This document shows, in pieces, positions 7,186 to 16,668 of a stretch of DNA of 32,000 nt. Numbering within the stretch: the stretch's first letter is position 1; the number at the start of each line of letters is the position of its first letter. The stretch is taken from NCBI RefSeq assembly GCF_000012905.2, contig NC_007493.2:1770001-1802000 (forward strand), given 5' to 3'. The notes below the pieces were generated by a model, which worked only from the letters and a program-made list of their open reading frames with translations, made no database searches and was not told where the DNA came from. Source of the DNA: Cereibacter sphaeroides 2.4.1 (GTDB lineage: Bacteria; Pseudomonadota; Alphaproteobacteria; Rhodobacterales; Rhodobacteraceae). The position numbers and the translations under genes are program-made.

Positions 7186-8841
7186 ATGGCGACGGACTGG
7201 CTGAACGCCCTCGGTGCATCGGGCTCGGGCCTGAACATCCGCGAACTGGCGACGAGCCTCGTCACGGCGGACACGGCGGTGAAACGCACGACCGCCGAGA
7301 AGAAGATCGAGGCGACCGAGGTCTCGATCTCCGCCCTGGGCAAGGTGCGCGCGCAGTTCCAGTCGCTGTCCGAGGCAATCGGAACCGTCACGCAATCCTC
7401 CGTCCTCAAGGCCACGAGCTCCAGCTCGGCCCTCTCGATCAGCGTCACCGACCGCACGCTCGTGTCCGAACAGGTCACGGAGATCGAGGTTCTGCAGGTG
7501 GCCCAGCGTCAGGTGCTGGAGTTCGGCGGCTTCCCGGCGGCGGACGCCGCCCTCGGCGCGGGCCGGATCACCATCGACTTCGGCGTCTGGTATGCGCCCG
7601 AAGGATCGCAGGAGGCTACGAGCTTCGCGCAGAACCCCGCCCTCGCCAGTTCCTCGATCGATGTGGGCGACGGCGCCACGCTGCAGGATCTGGCGACCGC
7701 GCTGAGCGACATCCCCGGTGTGGTGGCGCGCGTGCTCGACAAGGGCGACGGGACCTTCTCGCTCGGCGTCGTATCCGAGCCGGGTGCGGGCAGCGCCCTG
7801 CGCTTCACGGTGGCCGAGGGCACGGCGGGCAACGGGCTTGCGCGCTTCGACACGACGGCCACGAACCTCGACGCGCAGGTGCAGGCGGCGACGGATACGC
7901 TCCTGACTGTCGACGGAATCACCGTCGCCCGCGGCTCGAACGAGATCACCGATCTGGTGCCGGGCGCCACGCTCACCGTGTCGGGCAAGACCTCTGGCCC
8001 CGCGGTCGTCTCGGTCAGCCGCGACAGCGCGCTGGCCGAGGCGGCCATGGCCTATATGGTCGAGGAGCTGAATGCGACGCTGAAGATCATGCGCGATGTG
8101 ACGGTGCGCTCGGTCGACGGCACGGCCGCAGGCGATCTGGTGGGCGACAGCACCGTCGAGGCGCTGAAGCGGCAGTTCTCATCGCTCCTCTCGGGGCCCT
8201 TGACGGGACACGGCGAGAAACCGGTCTACCTCTCGCAGCTCGGGGTCTCGACCAACCGCGACGGCTCGCTCTCGTTCGACGAAGAGGCCTTCCAGAAGGC
8301 CTTCGCCGCGCGGCCCGAGATCTTCGATGCGATGTTCACCAACAGCTTCTCCTCGCCCACCGAAGGGGTGACGGTCACGGGTGCGCTGACCTCGAAGGCC
8401 GCCTCGGGCGACTATGCCTTCCGGCGCGATCCCGGCACCGGCGCGGTGACAGTCGCCGGCGCCGCGACCTTCGGCCTGCCGGGCACCGACGGCACCAGCA
8501 AATATATCGTTCTCTCGGGAGACATGGCGGGCCTGATCGTCACGGCGAGGGACGATGTCGCCGATGCCACCATCCGCTTCGGGCGCAGCTTCGCCTCGCA
8601 GCTCCAGTCGCTGCTCGACGGGGCGACGGAGGCGGAGGGCAGCATCGCGAAGCGCGAGGATCAGATCGGCAAGCTGGCCGCGGAGCAGGCCGAGGTGATC
8701 GAGGCGCTCGACCTGCGGGCGACGAAGCTCGAGAGCCGCTATCTGGCGCAGTTCACGGCGATGGAGCAGGCGGTCTCGCGGATGAAGAGCACCGGGACCT
8801 ACCTCGAGAACCTCGTCAAATCCTGGAACAAGGACGGCTGA
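7186..8841 (+). CDS. fliD: Flagellar filament cap protein FliD (551 aa)
   Basis: ATG 7186 has an AAGGAG RBS; the track start at 7117 lies upstream of the promoter. The N-terminus GSGLNIRELATSLVTADTAVKRTTAEKKIE and the C-terminus ...LESRYLAQFTAMEQAVSRMKSTGTYLENL are typical of FliD/HAP2. Confidence 0.92.
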   Translation: MATDWLNALGASGSGLNIRELATSLVTADTAVKRTTAEKKIEATEVSISALGKVRAQFQSLSEAIGTVTQSSVLKATSSSSALSISVTDRTLVSEQVTEIEVLQVAQRQVLEFGGFPAADAALGAGRITIDFGVWYAPEGSQEATSFAQNPALASSSIDVGDGATLQDLATALSDIPGVVARVLDKGDGTFSLGVVSEPGAGSALRFTVAEGTAGNGLARFDTTATNLDAQVQAATDTLLTVDGITVARGSNEITDLVPGATLTVSGKTSGPAVVSVSRDSALAEAAMAYMVEELNATLKIMRDVTVRSVDGTAAGDLVGDSTVEALKRQFSSLLSGPLTGHGEKPVYLSQLGVSTNRDGSLSFDEEAFQKAFAARPEIFDAMFTNSFSSPTEGVTVTGALTSKAASGDYAFRRDPGTGAVTVAGAATFGLPGTDGTSKYIVLSGDMAGLIVTARDDVADATIRFGRSFASQLQSLLDGATEAEGSIAKREDQIGKLAAEQAEVIEALDLRATKLESRYLAQFTAMEQAVSRMKSTGTYLENLVKSWNKDG

Positions 8842-8871
8842 GGCGTCCCTGCCCGGCAGGATCGGCGCCCC

Positions 8872-9972
8872 TCACGCCGCGCTGCACCGCATGATGCCGA
8901 ACTTCTTCATCTTCTCGATCAGCGTCGTGCGGCGCAGGCGCAGCGCATCGGCCGCACGGCTCACGCAGCCATCGCGCTTGGCCAGCGCCGCCTCGATCAG
9001 CGCCACCTCGATGTCGCGCAGATAGCCGCGCAGGTCGAGGTCGGCCCGCCCCTCGAGCATGTCATGGAACTGGCTCGGTTCGGGCAGTCCCTGCGCCTCT
9101 GGCGCAGCCGCCGGTTGCTGGCCCGCGGGCCCCTCGGGATCGGGCATGGCGAGCTGCAGAAGGTTCTCGCGCACATGGCGCGCGGTCACGATCCGGCCCG
9201 GAAAGAGCACGATGGCGCGGGCAAGCACGTTGCGCAATTCGCGCACATTGCCCGGCCACGAATGCCCGGCGAGCGCCCGCAGCGCGCTGGTGTCGAAATG
9301 CGGCAGATCCAGTGCCGGATCCCGCGCCAGCTGATCCTCCAGCATCCGCGCGAGGATCAGCGGAATGTCCGAGGCGCGCTCGCGCAGGTCGGGCAGTTCG
9401 AGCGGAAAGACGTTGATGCGGTAGTAGAGATCGCAGCGAAAGCCGCCCGCCGCCACCTGCGCGTCGAGGTTGCGGTGCGTGGCCGTCACGAGGCGGAAAT
9501 CGACCTCGATCTCGCTGGTGCCGCCCACGCGCGAGATGCGGCGGCTTTCGAGAACGCGGAGCAGCTTGGCCTGCAGCGCCAGCGGCATGTCCCCGATCTC
9601 GTCGAGAAAGAGCGTGCCGCCGTGGGCCATCTCGATCCGGCCGATCCGCTGCCGGTCGGCGCCGGTAAAGGCGCCCTTCTCATGGCCGAAAAGCTCGGAT
9701 TCGAGCAGGTCCGCCGGAATGGCGGCGCAGTTGACCGCGATCAGCGCCCCGCCGCGGCCCGAGGCCCGGTGCAGCGCCTCGGCGGCCAGTTCCTTGCCGG
9801 TGCCGGTCGATCCCCGCACGAGGACGGGCGCATCGCTGACGGCGACCGCGGCGATCAGTTGCTTCACCCGGCAGATCGAAACCGACTCGCCCGGGATCAC
9901 CCGATTGATGAGGCCGGCAGGAGGGGGAAGCGGGCGGGAGCGGGCGCCCTCGGGCGAGAAGTGACTGGTCAT
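8872..9972 (-). CDS. fleQ: Sigma-54-dependent transcriptional activator lacking an N-terminal regulatory domain (FleQ-like, 366 aa)
   Basis: Walker A is GSTGTGKE, the sigma-54 contact loop is EKGAFTGA, and the C-terminal HTH is [24 protein letters not shown]. Start ATG 9972 is preferred. The in-frame stretch 9973-10101 is AT-rich with low GC3, unlike coding DNA here. Confidence 0.85.
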   Translation of the reverse strand: MTSHFSPEGARSRPLPPPAGLINRVIPGESVSICRVKQLIAAVAVSDAPVLVRGSTGTGKELAAEALHRASGRGGALIAVNCAAIPADLLESELFGHEKGAFTGADRQRIGRIEMAHGGTLFLDEIGDMPLALQAKLLRVLESRRISRVGGTSEIEVDFRLVTATHRNLDAQVAAGGFRCDLYYRINVFPLELPDLRERASDIPLILARMLEDQLARDPALDLPHFDTSALRALAGHSWPGNVRELRNVLARAIVLFPGRIVTARHVRENLLQLAMPDPEGPAGQQPAAAPEAQGLPEPSQFHDMLEGRADLDLRGYLRDIEVALIEAALAKRDGCVSRAADALRLRRTTLIEKMKKFGIMRCSAA

Positions 9973-10125
9973 GCGGCGGGGCCATGCCTCAAAAATGGTT
10001 AACTGATCCTCAAGATCGTCGACCTGCGCCCATGCTGCAACTGCATCAATGGCTTGTCCGAACGGATAAAAGCAGGGGTCACGCCCGAGAGACAGAGGCA
10101 CTATCCTTTTGGACAGGTATGCGCC

Positions 10126-10923
10126 TCACGGTTGCATTGCGAGCAGGTCGCGGAAGGACTGGACCGCGTGGAACCGGGCGCGCAGGCGCTGCGGAAGGTC
10201 CGCCTCGGCGAGGAGGTCCGGGGCGGCTGCGCGAAGCTCCAGAGGCCCCTGCGAGGGAATGTCGGAGGCCGCCCGGGGCAGCCCTCCCTGCGTCTCGCCG
10301 AGGCTCACCATCGGCTGCGGAGCCAGCACGAGGAGGCCCTGCACGCGCGCGGCGGCGAGGGTCGCCTCGTCGGGCAGGTCCGTCGCGGCCTCGGCCAGAC
10401 GCGATCCGCCGCGCTCGGCCTCGACCTTGGCGAGATAGGCCGCGCCGCGCCCGCGATCGGCCGAATGATAGGCCGCCGTCGCCGCCTCCCACGAGCCGAG
10501 ACGGGCGCGGAGTTCGCGCAGGAAGCGCGCCGCATGGCGGGTGTTGCGCACAGGATCGATCATCTCGTCGGCCGAAGCGAAGGCGGGCGCATGCCAGCGC
10601 CAGTTGAGCTGCATGCAGCCCACGTCGATGTTGGACACGCCCGAGGCGACCGTCGACTTGAGCATGCGCACCGCCTCGGCCCGGGTCTCGAAGAACATGC
10701 CGCGCCCACCCTGGTTCAGCGTCCAGGGCCAGGCGCGCCCGCCCCGGCCCGATTCCACGCGGGCAATCGCCTCCATCAGCCCCTCGGGTATGCCGGCCTC
10801 GGCACCGGCCCGGGCCGCGAGCGTCTCGCAGACCTCGTCCGCCGCGAGCGCGGGGGCGGCCAGAAGCGTCAGGATCAGGACGAGCGCGAACCTCATGCCC
10901 GTCGCGGGCAAGGGCCGTGCCAT
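10126..10923 (-). CDS. sltF: Flagellar soluble lytic transglycosylase (SltF-like, 265 aa; alternative start 10896)
   Basis: The signal peptide is MRFALVLILTLLAAPALA. SLT-domain motifs are present (IARVESG catalytic Glu, NIDVGCMQLN, AAYHS). It lies directly after flgL with a 6-nt gap. Confidence 0.85.
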   Translation of the reverse strand: MARPLPATGMRFALVLILTLLAAPALAADEVCETLAARAGAEAGIPEGLMEAIARVESGRGGRAWPWTLNQGGRGMFFETRAEAVRMLKSTVASGVSNIDVGCMQLNWRWHAPAFASADEMIDPVRNTRHAARFLRELRARLGSWEAATAAYHSADRGRGAAYLAKVEAERGGSRLAEAATDLPDEATLAAARVQGLLVLAPQPMVSLGETQGGLPRAASDIPSQGPLELRAAAPDLLAEADLPQRLRARFHAVQSFRDLLAMQP

Positions 10924-10929
10924 CCGGCC

Positions 10930-12159
10930 CTAGCGCAGGTAATCGAACAGGCTGCGGTTGGCGATCTTGACATAGGTCTGCTGCGCCGCCTCCTGCGTCA
11001 GGAGAAGCTGCTGCAGCCGCGTGACCGCCTCGGCCACGTCGAGATCCTCGAGCCCGCCGATGGCCGTTGCGATTCGGGTCTGCCGGGTCCTGATCGCGTC
11101 CGCCTGCGTGTCGACAGAGGCGGCGAACGCGCCGGCGCGGGCCCGCTGCTCGGCCATGTGGCTCACGGCGGCATCGAAAGCGTCGGTCAGCGAGGCCGCG
11201 TCGAACCGCGCGGGCATGATCCAGCCGCCCTTGTCATCCGCGCTGGTGAAGGTTGCCAGCACGTCGCGCGGGTCGTCGCTGCGGCTCATGTCCGAGACCG
11301 TGATGCGGCCCACGGCGCCCAGGACGAGGGTCCCGTCCGGTTCCTCCGTGGCGGTGACGCCGGTCTGGGCCGAGGCCGCATTGATGGCGGCAAGGGCCGA
11401 GCCCGGCAGCCGCTGCTCGATCTCGACCGAGCCCCCCGGGCCCGTCAGGGTGAAGCGCACCGTGGCCGGGGCCGGAGGGGCTGCCAGAGAGAGCCGCGCC
11501 GTGTCTTCCGCGCTGCGCTGCGGGCTGGAATGTGCCAGCGGCACCGACAGGGTTGCCACCAGATCGTCGGCCAGATCGAAGACGCTGCGCGGCCCCGCCT
11601 CGGTCGGCACCGCCATGAAGACCTCGGCGCCGCCGAGGCTGGTGGCCACGCGCAGCGTCTCGGAGAGCTGGGCCACGGGCTGCCCGTCGTTGCCCGCGAA
11701 TCGGACCGCGTCGCCCTCCTTCACGAAGGCCGGGCCCGCGGCATAGCCCGCAAAGAGGCCCTGCCCCATCGCATCCTTGCGGTTGGCCAGCGCGAAGAGC
11801 GCCTCGCGGGCCGACTCGGCCACGATCCGCAGACCGGCCCGCCCCTCGTCGGAGAGCGTCGGATTGCCGGCCTGCAGCACGACATCCTTGAGCTCGCGCA
11901 TCCGCGCCGCGACCTCGCCCAGCGCCACGTCGGCATGGGCCAGCCGGTCCGCGGCCGAGCTGGCATTCGCGCCGTAGCGCCCGAGCGTGGCTTCCATCTC
12001 CTTCGCGGCCGAGAGCTGCACCGCGCGGGTGGGATCGGCGGACGGGCGCGGGTCGCGCACCTCCGAGGCGATACGGGCCTGCAATGTGCCGATCTCGGTC
12101 TGAAGGCGCGAGAAGTTGCGGCTGGCAAGCGTGGCGAAGAGGGTGGTTCCGAGGGTCAT
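10930..12159 (-). CDS. flgL: Hook-filament junction protein FlgL / HAP3 (409 aa)
   Basis: Flagellin-like N- and C-terminal helices are present (...EAVTRLQQLLLTQEAAQQTYVKIANRSLFDYLR). It follows flgK by 7 nt. Confidence 0.9.
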   Translation of the reverse strand: MTLGTTLFATLASRNFSRLQTEIGTLQARIASEVRDPRPSADPTRAVQLSAAKEMEATLGRYGANASSAADRLAHADVALGEVAARMRELKDVVLQAGNPTLSDEGRAGLRIVAESAREALFALANRKDAMGQGLFAGYAAGPAFVKEGDAVRFAGNDGQPVAQLSETLRVATSLGGAEVFMAVPTEAGPRSVFDLADDLVATLSVPLAHSSPQRSAEDTARLSLAAPPAPATVRFTLTGPGGSVEIEQRLPGSALAAINAASAQTGVTATEEPDGTLVLGAVGRITVSDMSRSDDPRDVLATFTSADDKGGWIMPARFDAASLTDAFDAAVSHMAEQRARAGAFAASVDTQADAIRTRQTRIATAIGGLEDLDVAEAVTRLQQLLLTQEAAQQTYVKIANRSLFDYLR

Positions 12160-12166
12160 GGCCGCC

Positions 12167-15100
12167 TCACAGCGCGTTCAGGAGGGTTTCGAACAGGGTT
12201 TGCGCCACCGAGAAGACCTGCGAGGAGGCCTGATAGGCCTGCTGCTGCTCGATGAGCCGGGCGGCTTCCTCGTCGAGGTTGACCGCGCTCGCCGCCGCAG
12301 AAGCGCGTTCGGCCACCTCGAGCGCCGCCGCGGTCGAGGAGACGCGCCCGGCGGCGGCCTTGGCCTGCGTGCCGATCCGGGTCTGGAGCTGCATGTAATC
12401 CGCCCCGTAGCCGCCCTGACCGGTGGCGGGATCGCCCGAGGCCAGCGCCACCAGCCGGTCGAGGATCTCGCCGCCGCCCGAATTGCCGGTGGCGGGCGTC
12501 AGGGTGAACCGGTCGCCGGTGGCGAGCGTGCCCGTCAGCGTGATGCGGTAGCCGCCCACCGTCACCGACCCGTCCGCGCCCAGCGTGCGGCTGCCGATGG
12601 AATGGCCGGTCGCCGTGTCGAAGAGCTCGACCTGCCGGCTGGCCGCATCGGTCACCCGCAGCTCGACGGCGGCCGGTGTAGGTGGCGGAGGCGCCTCATC
12701 GAGGGAGCCTGCAAGACGGAGCGTGCCCGTGCCGGTCATGACGACGATCAGATCCTCGTCGGGCAGATCGGTAAGGGTCAGCCGCTGGCCCGCCAGCGCC
12801 TGCGCCTCGGCCGAGGCCGCGACGGGCGCGCCGGTGGTGGAGGTGAGGACGAGCGCGCCCTGCGACACCGCCACCGAGACGCCTTCGGTGGCAAGCCCCG
12901 CCGCCCGCGCCCCGGCCTGGGGCGGCACGCGCAAGGCCCCGGCTGCCGCCGGAACCTCCAGCACCAGACGCCCCGCCCCGTCCCAGCCCGCGCTGCCGGG
13001 GAAGCCCGCCGGCACCGCGATGCCGCCCGCGCTTGCGGTCAGGCTGTAGAGGGTGCCGCCCAGCTCGATGTCGAAGCTCGCGGGCAGCGCGGCGGGATCC
13101 GCGGGCTGACCGGTGAGGGTCGAGACCGGTGCGTCGGCCGCCGCCAATCCGAAGGCCGCGGCCGCCCCGCTCTCGATGCGCAGGCCCGCGCCGTCGAGCG
13201 AGCCAGCCGCCTGGATGACCAGCCGGTTCGTCGCGTCGAAGGCGGCCGTGAGCAGTCCCGGCTCGCCGCCATCGACCGCGACCGCCCCACCCGTCATGCG
13301 CAGCGTGTAGCTCTGCCCCTCGTAGGAGACCGAGACGCTGCGCCCATCGGCGGGCAGCGCCGCGACGGGGCCGCCGGTCAGCGTCGCCGCCGGGGCTTCG
13401 GCGCGCAGGAGAGCCGCAAGCGCCGAGGCCACGCCGGCCCCGTCGCTCACGCCCGCCGCCGCGGCATCGAGTGTCACCGTCCGGCTGCCCACCGTCATCG
13501 CATAGTGCGCGGAACCCGCCTGCGCGAAGGTGCCGTCCGCCGAGAGCCCCTCCCCGTCGAAGGCGGGATCGTAGGTGAAGCCGTAGGTCTGAACACCGCC
13601 TGCCCCGCTCACGCCGCGCGAGACGAGGCCGCCGCTCATCGGATCCACGGCCGCATCCTGCCGCACGCCGCCCAGATCGGCCGAGAAACCGCTCGCCGAC
13701 GAGAGCCGCAGCTCGCCCGTGAAGCGCGCGCTGTCGGCCGTGCCCGACAAGGTGAGGGGCGCGCCCGAGGGACTGCCCTCGGCGTCCGTGCCCTGCAGCG
13801 TGACGGCGGCCCCGGCCGTGTGGCGGAGTCCCACGATCCCGATATCCGCCCCCCCGTCCTGAACGAGGAGGAGCCGCGCCCCGTCCGGCGACAGCTCGGC
13901 CCGCACGCCGGTGGCCGCGCTCACCGCATTGACCGCCAGCGCCAGCGCGTCCATGCGCCCGCCCGCCACGGCGCCGCTGATGCGCACGGGCGAGAGGTTG
14001 GTGCCGGTGAGCGCGAAGCTCAGCGTGCCGTCGGCGGGTGCCTCGATCGTGACGCCGGTGCGGGCCTCGGCCTCGATGCCAGCCCCGAACGCGTTGATGG
14101 CCTGCGCCATCTCGGCCGCCGAGGCACCCGCAGGCAGCTGCACCGGGAGGGGAAGGCCCCCGGCCGCTTCGAGCGTCAGGCTCGGGAGCGCGGATGCGGG
14201 AGGCAGAAGGCCCGAACTGCCGGCCACCGGATCGGCGGGATGGAGCGACAACACACGTTCGCCCGGCAGGATCGCGCCCGCGATCCCGGTTCCACGATAG
14301 CCGGTGCCTCCGGCACCGTTCAGCGTCGAGGCGTCGTAGACCGCGCCCGGCAGGAAGCCGTTGGCCTCGGTCAGCAGAAGCGCGGCCTCCTCGGCCGTGA
14401 GCGCGGTGCCTGCGATGTGGCGTCCGTCCCGCGTGATGATCTGGATCGTCCCGCCCGCGGGCTCGGCGGCTGTCAGACTGCCTGCGACGGTCCCGGCGGA
14501 TCCCGTCACGCTGGCGCCGGCATCGAAGTCGCCCTGCCCCAGCATCAGCGTGAAGCGCCCCGTGCTGCCGCTGGCCGTGACGCCCAGCTCGGCGAGGGTC
14601 TGCCCGCCGGTGCTCACAGCCCCGGCATTCAGCGCCGCGGCCAGAGTGGCCGGGTCCGTCGCGCCCAGCGCCGTCAGATCGAAACTGTGGACCGTGCCGC
14701 CGATCGAGAAGGAGAGCGTCGTGGCGCCCGCCGCGGCAGGGTCGGACAGGAGGAATTCCTGCTGCGACTGGCTGCCGAGGCTCGCCAGCGTGACCGAGCC
14801 CGTTCCGGCCGGAATGTGACCCACCACGCCCGCACGGATCAGCGTCGCGGCATCGGCCCCGCCCGCGTCCGTCAGCAGGCCGCCCAGCGATCCGGTGGCG
14901 GGGAGCGTGGAGGTCACCGGCACGAAGCTCGCCTGCGCCGACCCCGCATTGCCGCTGGCGGCCGAGACGATATAGGGCGCCGCGGCCGCGATCTGGCGGG
15001 TGTCGGTCAGCAGGAAGCGCATGTCGAGCGCCCGCCCTTGGCGCGGCGAGACCGTCAGACGGTCTCCATCCATGGCCGCGCCGGTCATCTGCAGCGTGAG

Positions 15101-16258
15101 GCCCGGCAGGGCCAGCGTCTCGGCGCCGCTGCCGAGGAGCGTGCCCCCGGCATCGTAGGCGTGCCAGAGCCCCGCCGCGGCATCGTGCAGCAGCGTGAGC
15201 GGGCCGGGCGCCGTGGCGATGTCGAAGGCCACCACCGAAGCGCCGCCCGTGCCCCGGTTGCCCGCGTCGGCCGCCACCTGCCAGCCCTCGAGCGCGAAGA
15301 GATCGCCCCCCCGGGCCCCGGACTGATCGATCCCCTGCGCGTGCACCGTGTTCATCTCGGCGACCAGCTGGCGCGCGAGCGCATCGAGCTCGGCCGCCGC
15401 ATTGTCCACCGCCGAGAGCGCCGACGCATAGCCCTGCAGGCTGCCCCCGGTGATCTGGCGGCTCTGGAGCGTGGCGCCTGCCCGCGTGACTTCGAGCACG
15501 AGACCGCCCGCCTCGGCCACGCCGAGCGTGCTCGCCGCCGTCCCCTCGAGCAGCAGCGGCCCGCCCGGCGCCGAGCCGAGCGTCACCGTGGTGCGGCCCA
15601 GAGCATCGAAGCTGGCCTGGACCCCCACCGTCCGCGAGAGCTCGCCGAGGAGCCTGTCCCGCTCGTCCAGCAGCGGGTTCAGCGCCGATTGCTGCGCGCC
15701 GGTCATGCGCCCGTTCAGCTCGGCCAGCTGCCGCAGGGTCTGCGAAGCCTCGGCGGCCGTCTGCCCGGCGAGCCCCGCCACCTCGTCGCGGAGCCCCGCG
15801 AGCCCGCTTGCCACGGTGGTGAAGGAACTGGCCAGCGTCTGGCCCGCCGCCAGCACCACCTGCCGCAGCGCACTGTCGCGCGGCGTGGCGCCGAGCCCGT
15901 TGAGTGCGTCGAAGAAGCCCGTCAGCGCCTCGGGCACGCTGCCCGCCCCGGCCAGAAACAGGCTCTCGAGCGCGCCGGCGGTGGTGTCGAGCGTTTCGGC
16001 CGAGGCGGCGGCGCCTTCGGCCGTGCGCAGCCGCTGCGCCACCAGCCCGTCGAAGGCCCGGCGCACGTCCTCGACCCGCACCCCCTGCCCCGAGGTCGCG
16101 GCGCTCGTCGGGCTGATCTGCCCGCCCGGCACCTGCGCCAGAACCGCCTCGCGGCGGACGTAGCCTTCGGTGTTCACGTTGGCGATGTTCTCGGCCGTGA
16201 CGGAGAGGGCCGAGCGGTAGGACAGGAGACCCGAACGGGCGATGTCGAGGATGGACAA
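12167..16258 (-). CDS. flgK: Hook-associated protein FlgK / HAP1, giant form (1363 aa)
   Basis: TTG start with a GGGAGA RBS 8 nt upstream. The N-terminus MSILDIARSGLLSYRSALSVTAENIANVNTEGYVRRE and the C-terminus ...NLDEEAARLIEQQQAYQASSQVFSVAQTLFETLL are the FlgK rod/hook terminal helices. A large Gly/Ala/Thr-rich central insert is present. Confidence 0.95.
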   Translation of the reverse strand: MSILDIARSGLLSYRSALSVTAENIANVNTEGYVRREAVLAQVPGGQISPTSAATSGQGVRVEDVRRAFDGLVAQRLRTAEGAAASAETLDTTAGALESLFLAGAGSVPEALTGFFDALNGLGATPRDSALRQVVLAAGQTLASSFTTVASGLAGLRDEVAGLAGQTAAEASQTLRQLAELNGRMTGAQQSALNPLLDERDRLLGELSRTVGVQASFDALGRTTVTLGSAPGGPLLLEGTAASTLGVAEAGGLVLEVTRAGATLQSRQITGGSLQGYASALSAVDNAAAELDALARQLVAEMNTVHAQGIDQSGARGGDLFALEGWQVAADAGNRGTGGASVVAFDIATAPGPLTLLHDAAAGLWHAYDAGGTLLGSGAETLALPGLTLQMTGAAMDGDRLTVSPRQGRALDMRFLLTDTRQIAAAAPYIVSAASGNAGSAQASFVPVTSTLPATGSLGGLLTDAGGADAATLIRAGVVGHIPAGTGSVTLASLGSQSQQEFLLSDPAAAGATTLSFSIGGTVHSFDLTALGATDPATLAAALNAGAVSTGGQTLAELGVTASGSTGRFTLMLGQGDFDAGASVTGSAGTVAGSLTAAEPAGGTIQIITRDGRHIAGTALTAEEAALLLTEANGFLPGAVYDASTLNGAGGTGYRGTGIAGAILPGERVLSLHPADPVAGSSGLLPPASALPSLTLEAAGGLPLPVQLPAGASAAEMAQAINAFGAGIEAEARTGVTIEAPADGTLSFALTGTNLSPVRISGAVAGGRMDALALAVNAVSAATGVRAELSPDGARLLLVQDGGADIGIVGLRHTAGAAVTLQGTDAEGSPSGAPLTLSGTADSARFTGELRLSSASGFSADLGGVRQDAAVDPMSGGLVSRGVSGAGGVQTYGFTYDPAFDGEGLSADGTFAQAGSAHYAMTVGSRTVTLDAAAAGVSDGAGVASALAALLRAEAPAATLTGGPVAALPADGRSVSVSYEGQSYTLRMTGGAVAVDGGEPGLLTAAFDATNRLVIQAAGSLDGAGLRIESGAAAAFGLAAADAPVSTLTGQPADPAALPASFDIELGGTLYSLTASAGGIAVPAGFPGSAGWDGAGRLVLEVPAAAGALRVPPQAGARAAGLATEGVSVAVSQGALVLTSTTGAPVAASAEAQALAGQRLTLTDLPDEDLIVVMTGTGTLRLAGSLDEAPPPPTPAAVELRVTDAASRQVELFDTATGHSIGSRTLGADGSVTVGGYRITLTGTLATGDRFTLTPATGNSGGGEILDRLVALASGDPATGQGGYGADYMQLQTRIGTQAKAAAGRVSSTAAALEVAERASAAASAVNLDEEAARLIEQQQAYQASSQVFSVAQTLFETLLNAL

Positions 16259-16365
16259 GGGTCAGGTCTCCCGGACGGCTCTGGCGGGAAGGAGGGGCAG
16301 GCCCGCGGCGGTCCTCGGCCACCGGCCCGGACGGTTGCGGAGCGCCACCGGAACGCCGTTGCCGG

Positions 16366-16668
16366 TCACGACTTGCCGTCCCTGACGAGAGGGGCGAACT
16401 GGCGCTCGATCGCGTCGGCGATGCCCAGCCCCGCGCGCCCGGCCGAGCTTTTTGCAAGCTCCATGTCGAGCATGTCGCGCGCCGTATCGACGCCGGACGA
16501 GCCCAGGAGATCGCCGCCCGGAAGACCCGCGCGACCGGCCTTCAGAAGCTGCGTGAGAAAGAGCGACTCGAACCCCTCGGCCGCCTGCCGCAGATCCTCG
16601 CGGCCCGCGGGCTGGGCGCGGCTGCCGGAGAGCGACAGCGGGGTCAGGGACTGAAGCTTCAGATCCAT
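16366..16668 (-). CDS. flgJ: FlgJ, rod-binding domain only (100 aa, no muramidase domain)
   Basis: ATG 16668 overlaps the flgI stop (TGATG). The sequence LRQAAEGFESLFLTQLLKAGR...LGIADAIERQF is the FlgJ N-terminal rod-binding motif. The rest of track ORF 16366..17874 is an off-frame extension over flgI. Confidence 0.85.
   Translation of the reverse strand: MDLKLQSLTPLSLSGSRAQPAGREDLRQAAEGFESLFLTQLLKAGRAGLPGGDLLGSSGVDTARDMLDMELAKSSAGRAGLGIADAIERQFAPLVRDGKS

Noticed and set aside
10097-10112. A + strand AGGCAC-N5-TTTTG near the sltF stop resembles a sigma-54 -24 box.
   Set aside because: The -12 GC is missing, and it would fire antisense into sltF.
16259-16365. An unusually long (107-bp) flgJ-flgK spacer containing the repeated octamer CCGGTGGC.
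   Set aside because: - No sigma-54 or sigma-28 motif is present.
- No convincing hairpin is present.
- The repeat is short and GC-biased, so it is probably just the flgK translation-initiation region (TTG start).
12116-16654. A 1512-aa + strand ORF and a 1253-aa - strand ORF (12696..16457) overlap flgK.
   Set aside because: Both are antisense or off-frame to a gene with unmistakable FlgK termini. Their translations are Arg/Gly/Pro/Ala-rich low-complexity strings, typical of spurious open frames in high-GC DNA.
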